This document shows positions 19,057-22,000 of a stretch of DNA of 22,000 nucleotides, in pieces. The position numbers were made by a program, and so were the translations under genes. Position 1 is the first letter of the stretch. Each line of letters opens with the position of its first letter. The DNA is from Paraphysomonas bandaiensis. Lineage: Eukaryota > Protista > Chrysophyceae. The DNA lies in NCBI GenBank assembly GCA_965644295.1, contig CBFFRP010000614.1, positions 1-22,000 of the forward strand. The letters run 5' to 3'. Below the pieces are notes generated by a model. It saw only the letters and a list, made by a program, of their open reading frames with translations. It searched no databases and was not told the DNA's origin.

Positions 19057-22000
19057 ATGTCCATTGTTAACATGGTAGCGAGTGGTAGCACTGAAGAGAC
19101 GAAGGAGGACAACAAGGTGCTGAAGTTCGACAAGTATCAGGCGGAGGCGTCTGCTCAAAAAATAAGGATTCATCTGATGAAGAAAAATCGGAACCATCTG
19201 GGGTTAGAGCCGAAACCTGCTGGAGGAGGCAGAGCACGAGAATTATGGCATGAGCGAAATGACACGTGTGTTGCAACGATTTGGGAGGCTTGTGAACATG
19301 ACGCTGATGTATTGGAGGTTGCCAATCAATACATGGAGGCGAAGGCGTTACTTCCAGATGATGATCCCAATAAGGAAGTTTTGTCCAATGAAATGCTTCA
19401 GACGCTGGTGGATAGGTTTAGGGGGGAGTTGGGAAATGTACTCGAGAAGACTACAGCGGAATACCATAGCTTTAAAATTAGAGTCAATGAAAAGGTCGCT
19501 ATTGGTATTGATAGGTTGAATGGGATAATTCAGAAATTGACTAAGTTGGGACAGCCGCCAACCGAGGAGAGCAAGCTCGCAAAGATCAAAAAGTCCATAC
19601 ATACTCCAGAGCTGAAGGAGTTGTGGTTAGCTATTGCAATGCTGCCTAAAGCAACGACCACGTATCAGATAGTTAAAGACGCGTGCGAAGAATTTGATGA
19701 GGCTAAACGACAACTGGAGGAGTTCGAAATTGACAAACAAGGAGAACAGGTCAATATGCTCGGACCACAAGGAGGTGTGGAGAATGTCAAATGCTCATTC
19801 TGTATGAAAAAAGGGCATACTGCAAGTGTGTGTCGTGTCAAACACAAAAATAAAATTTTCCAGAAGTTCAAGCGAAATGGGAAGGCTAAAGCAAAGAATA
19901 TGAGGAAAGGAGCGCAACAAGTGGGTTCAGAAGCATATACAGGGTGTTTTCATTGTGGTAGCAAAGAACACAAGGCTGCTGAGTGTAAAAGAGGGAACAA
20001 GAGGAAGATCGATAGAAAATATGAGAAAAAAGGCTCCAAGAAGGTTAAGAAGAGTTCATCAGTGGGGTGGTCCAAATATGTAGATGATGACGTTTCATCT
20101 GGAGAGGAGACCAACATGATAGATGGTGAAGTACTTCTGACTGAAACTGGAGATGAACGAGTGTACCTGGATAGTTGTGCTGGAAAGCAGTTGTTTATCG
20201 TCAAGGATGATAGAGTGCTGGAGAAGTATGTAGAAGAGCCGGGAGTAATATCACTGACCAAAAAGGGATCGGCGATGGAGACCCAAGGAGTGGGAAGTTT
20301 TCAGCAGTGGCACGGCATCAAAGTATGTAACGATGCAGTGAAGAATATTGTCTCTGGAGGTATGCTGCGGGCTATGGGGTATGGACTCGAATTACTGAGA
20401 GTACCAAAAATCGTAGAATTGAACACTGGCAGAGAGGTGTTGGTTGGAAATTACGATGAGCATGGAGGAATGCCATGGGTGGCATTGCATGATGTGTTAA
20501 ATTTACCTTGCATATCGTCCTGCCATTATGTAATGGGGGGGGGAAGCAGTGAAGTGATGCTGTCCGATACAGTTCAGCAGGACCCCCTCGATTTACTGCA
20601 CGAAAGGGCCGGTCATGTTGCTAAGGGAAAACTACTGGAGGCTCATAGACATATGCTGATCAAGGGAACAGGGCTACAGCGACATCATTTATCTAAGACT
20701 ACCAAAAAGAAGTGTGAGACCAGTTTGTGCAAGTGGTGTGCTAAGGCGAAGATCACTAGACATGCATTTCGAGGACAAAGTGACCAGAATGTAGAGATGA
20801 AGGCGACAGCATTCCTGGAGCGTATTACAGTGGATATTTCGGTTTATATGAATTGTCCATCTGTGGAGGGGTATAAGTACGCACTTGTATTTGTAGATAC
20901 GGCTACGAAAGAATTCTGGGAATACGGTCTACGAACGAGAACTGGGGATGAAGTGTTAAAATGCGTGAAGCATCTCTGTGAAGTCAGGCTACCAAAATAC
21001 CCAGGGTGGAACAGGATACAGCAGTACCATGCTGATGGTGGACCAGAGTTGATGGACAGGCGAATCAAAGAATACTTGTTACAAAAATTTGGAACCACAT
21101 TCTCCTACACTACTAGGGAGACACCAGAATTAAACGGTGTTTCAGAACGGAAATTCAGGACACTAGGAGAAATGACATTATCGCTTTTATTGTCATCGGG
21201 TATGCCAAAAGCGGAGTGGTGGAAAGCCTTTATACATGCATGCTGGGTTCTTAGAAGATTACCCACAAAGACCTATAGAGGGTGGATGTCACCCTACGAG
21301 TGTGTTCCTGGAGGAACGGTGCCAGATTTTTCTTGGTTACGGAAATGGGGGTGCAAGGCGTACGTTCTCATCCCGAAGGCAGATCGCAGGAAAGACTGGG
21401 AAGAAAAGGCACAGACTGGATACTTTGTAGGGTTCCCAGAGGAGCAAATGGGATACCAAGTATTGATTGGAGATACTATAGTTACGTCTGTGCATGTTTT
21501 ATTCGATGAATCTGTGCCTGAGAGATCGGCGGATTATTATCGAGAAATGGACGAGGCCATGGTTGCTGTGGATCCTCAGGAACGAAATATTAGAGACTTC
21601 GATTACTTAATCGGAAAGACCCATGAAGATGGCGGCCACCTATACAAGACCACACGAATATTGGTTCGAAAAGGTTTAATTGTAGGGTATAGATCCCTAT
21701 TGTCTGGTGGTGCGGAGCAAGTGGAAGATAAGACTCCTATTCACATCGCCGATATAAAGCGGATGAGTGAAGACCTTGCAACAAGAGCATCTGCAAGTTC
21801 TGGATCTCGTGACGACGGGACCAGCGGACATTTATCACAGCAGTTGACTGGGACGGTTCCATCCCCTTCTGACTTCGTAAGTGCTCCGGGAGAGGAAGCT
21901 CCATCAGATCGCTCATCAAGGGGCAGGCGTGCAAGGGCTCCAAGGGTGGTGACGAATGTGTCAGTTTTGGGTGAGATGCATTTATTGTCGTCATGTGTCG
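19057..22000 (+). CDS. Copia gag-pol polyprotein (partial, open to window end; absent from the ORF track because it has no stop)
   Basis: Frame-1 translation MSIVNMVASG.. without stops. Two CCHC knuckles (CSFCMKKGHTASVC 19792, CFHCGSKEHKAAEC 19945), protease YLDSCA (20170), integrase HHCC (LLHERAGH..CKWC), DDE (ITVDI 20833, HADGG 21034, NGVSER 21145), WGCKAYV and VLFDE. Confidence 0.93.
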   Translation, partial: MSIVNMVASGSTEETKEDNKVLKFDKYQAEASAQKIRIHLMKKNRNHLGLEPKPAGGGRARELWHERNDTCVATIWEACEHDADVLEVANQYMEAKALLPDDDPNKEVLSNEMLQTLVDRFRGELGNVLEKTTAEYHSFKIRVNEKVAIGIDRLNGIIQKLTKLGQPPTEESKLAKIKKSIHTPELKELWLAIAMLPKATTTYQIVKDACEEFDEAKRQLEEFEIDKQGEQVNMLGPQGGVENVKCSFCMKKGHTASVCRVKHKNKIFQKFKRNGKAKAKNMRKGAQQVGSEAYTGCFHCGSKEHKAAECKRGNKRKIDRKYEKKGSKKVKKSSSVGWSKYVDDDVSSGEETNMIDGEVLLTETGDERVYLDSCAGKQLFIVKDDRVLEKYVEEPGVISLTKKGSAMETQGVGSFQQWHGIKVCNDAVKNIVSGGMLRAMGYGLELLRVPKIVELNTGREVLVGNYDEHGGMPWVALHDVLNLPCISSCHYVMGGGSSEVMLSDTVQQDPLDLLHERAGHVAKGKLLEAHRHMLIKGTGLQRHHLSKTTKKKCETSLCKWCAKAKITRHAFRGQSDQNVEMKATAFLERITVDISVYMNCPSVEGYKYALVFVDTATKEFWEYGLRTRTGDEVLKCVKHLCEVRLPKYPGWNRIQQYHADGGPELMDRRIKEYLLQKFGTTFSYTTRETPELNGVSERKFRTLGEMTLSLLLSSGMPKAEWWKAFIHACWVLRRLPTKTYRGWMSPYECVPGGTVPDFSWLRKWGCKAYVLIPKADRRKDWEEKAQTGYFVGFPEEQMGYQVLIGDTIVTSVHVLFDESVPERSADYYREMDEAMVAVDPQERNIRDFDYLIGKTHEDGGHLYKTTRILVRKGLIVGYRSLLSGGAEQVEDKTPIHIADIKRMSEDLATRASASSGSRDDGTSGHLSQQLTGTVPSPSDFVSAPGEEAPSDRSSRGRRARAPRVVTNVSVLGEMHLLSSCV

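Larger units (their letters stand above)
18721..22000 (+). mobile_element. Ty1/copia LTR retrotransposon, apparently intact, continues beyond the window
   Basis: LTR followed by a single ORF with gag, protease and integrase before any RT, which is the copia domain order. Confidence 0.93.

Overview
Eukaryotic genomic DNA with short GT-AG introns. The radial-spoke gene shows the organism is flagellated; a stramenopile-type protist is my inference. There are four host genes in two head-to-head pairs: a membrane-anchored Aha1_N Hsp90 co-chaperone (-) with RSPH9 (+), and a USP47-like deubiquitinase (-) with a 3beta-HSD/NSDHL-like SDR (+). They sit among many retroelements. (i) A frameshifted non-LTR (LINE-like) element at 1-~4500 (-) whose polyprotein carries an OTU-like protease and a SET methyltransferase domain ahead of the APE endonuclease. 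(ii) Several LINE 3' fragments and non-coding SINE-like units that share a ~50-nt covarying three-way-junction RNA motif (4 copies); three of them also share a non-poly(A) 3' end. (iii) An apparently intact Ty1/copia element (5' LTR 18721-19012, gag-pol open from 19057 to the window end) plus three relics related to its LTR. Most notable are the OTU+SET-bearing LINE and the conserved structured RNA shared by LINE and SINE-like 3' UTRs. All calls come from manual reading and translation; no database searches were run.
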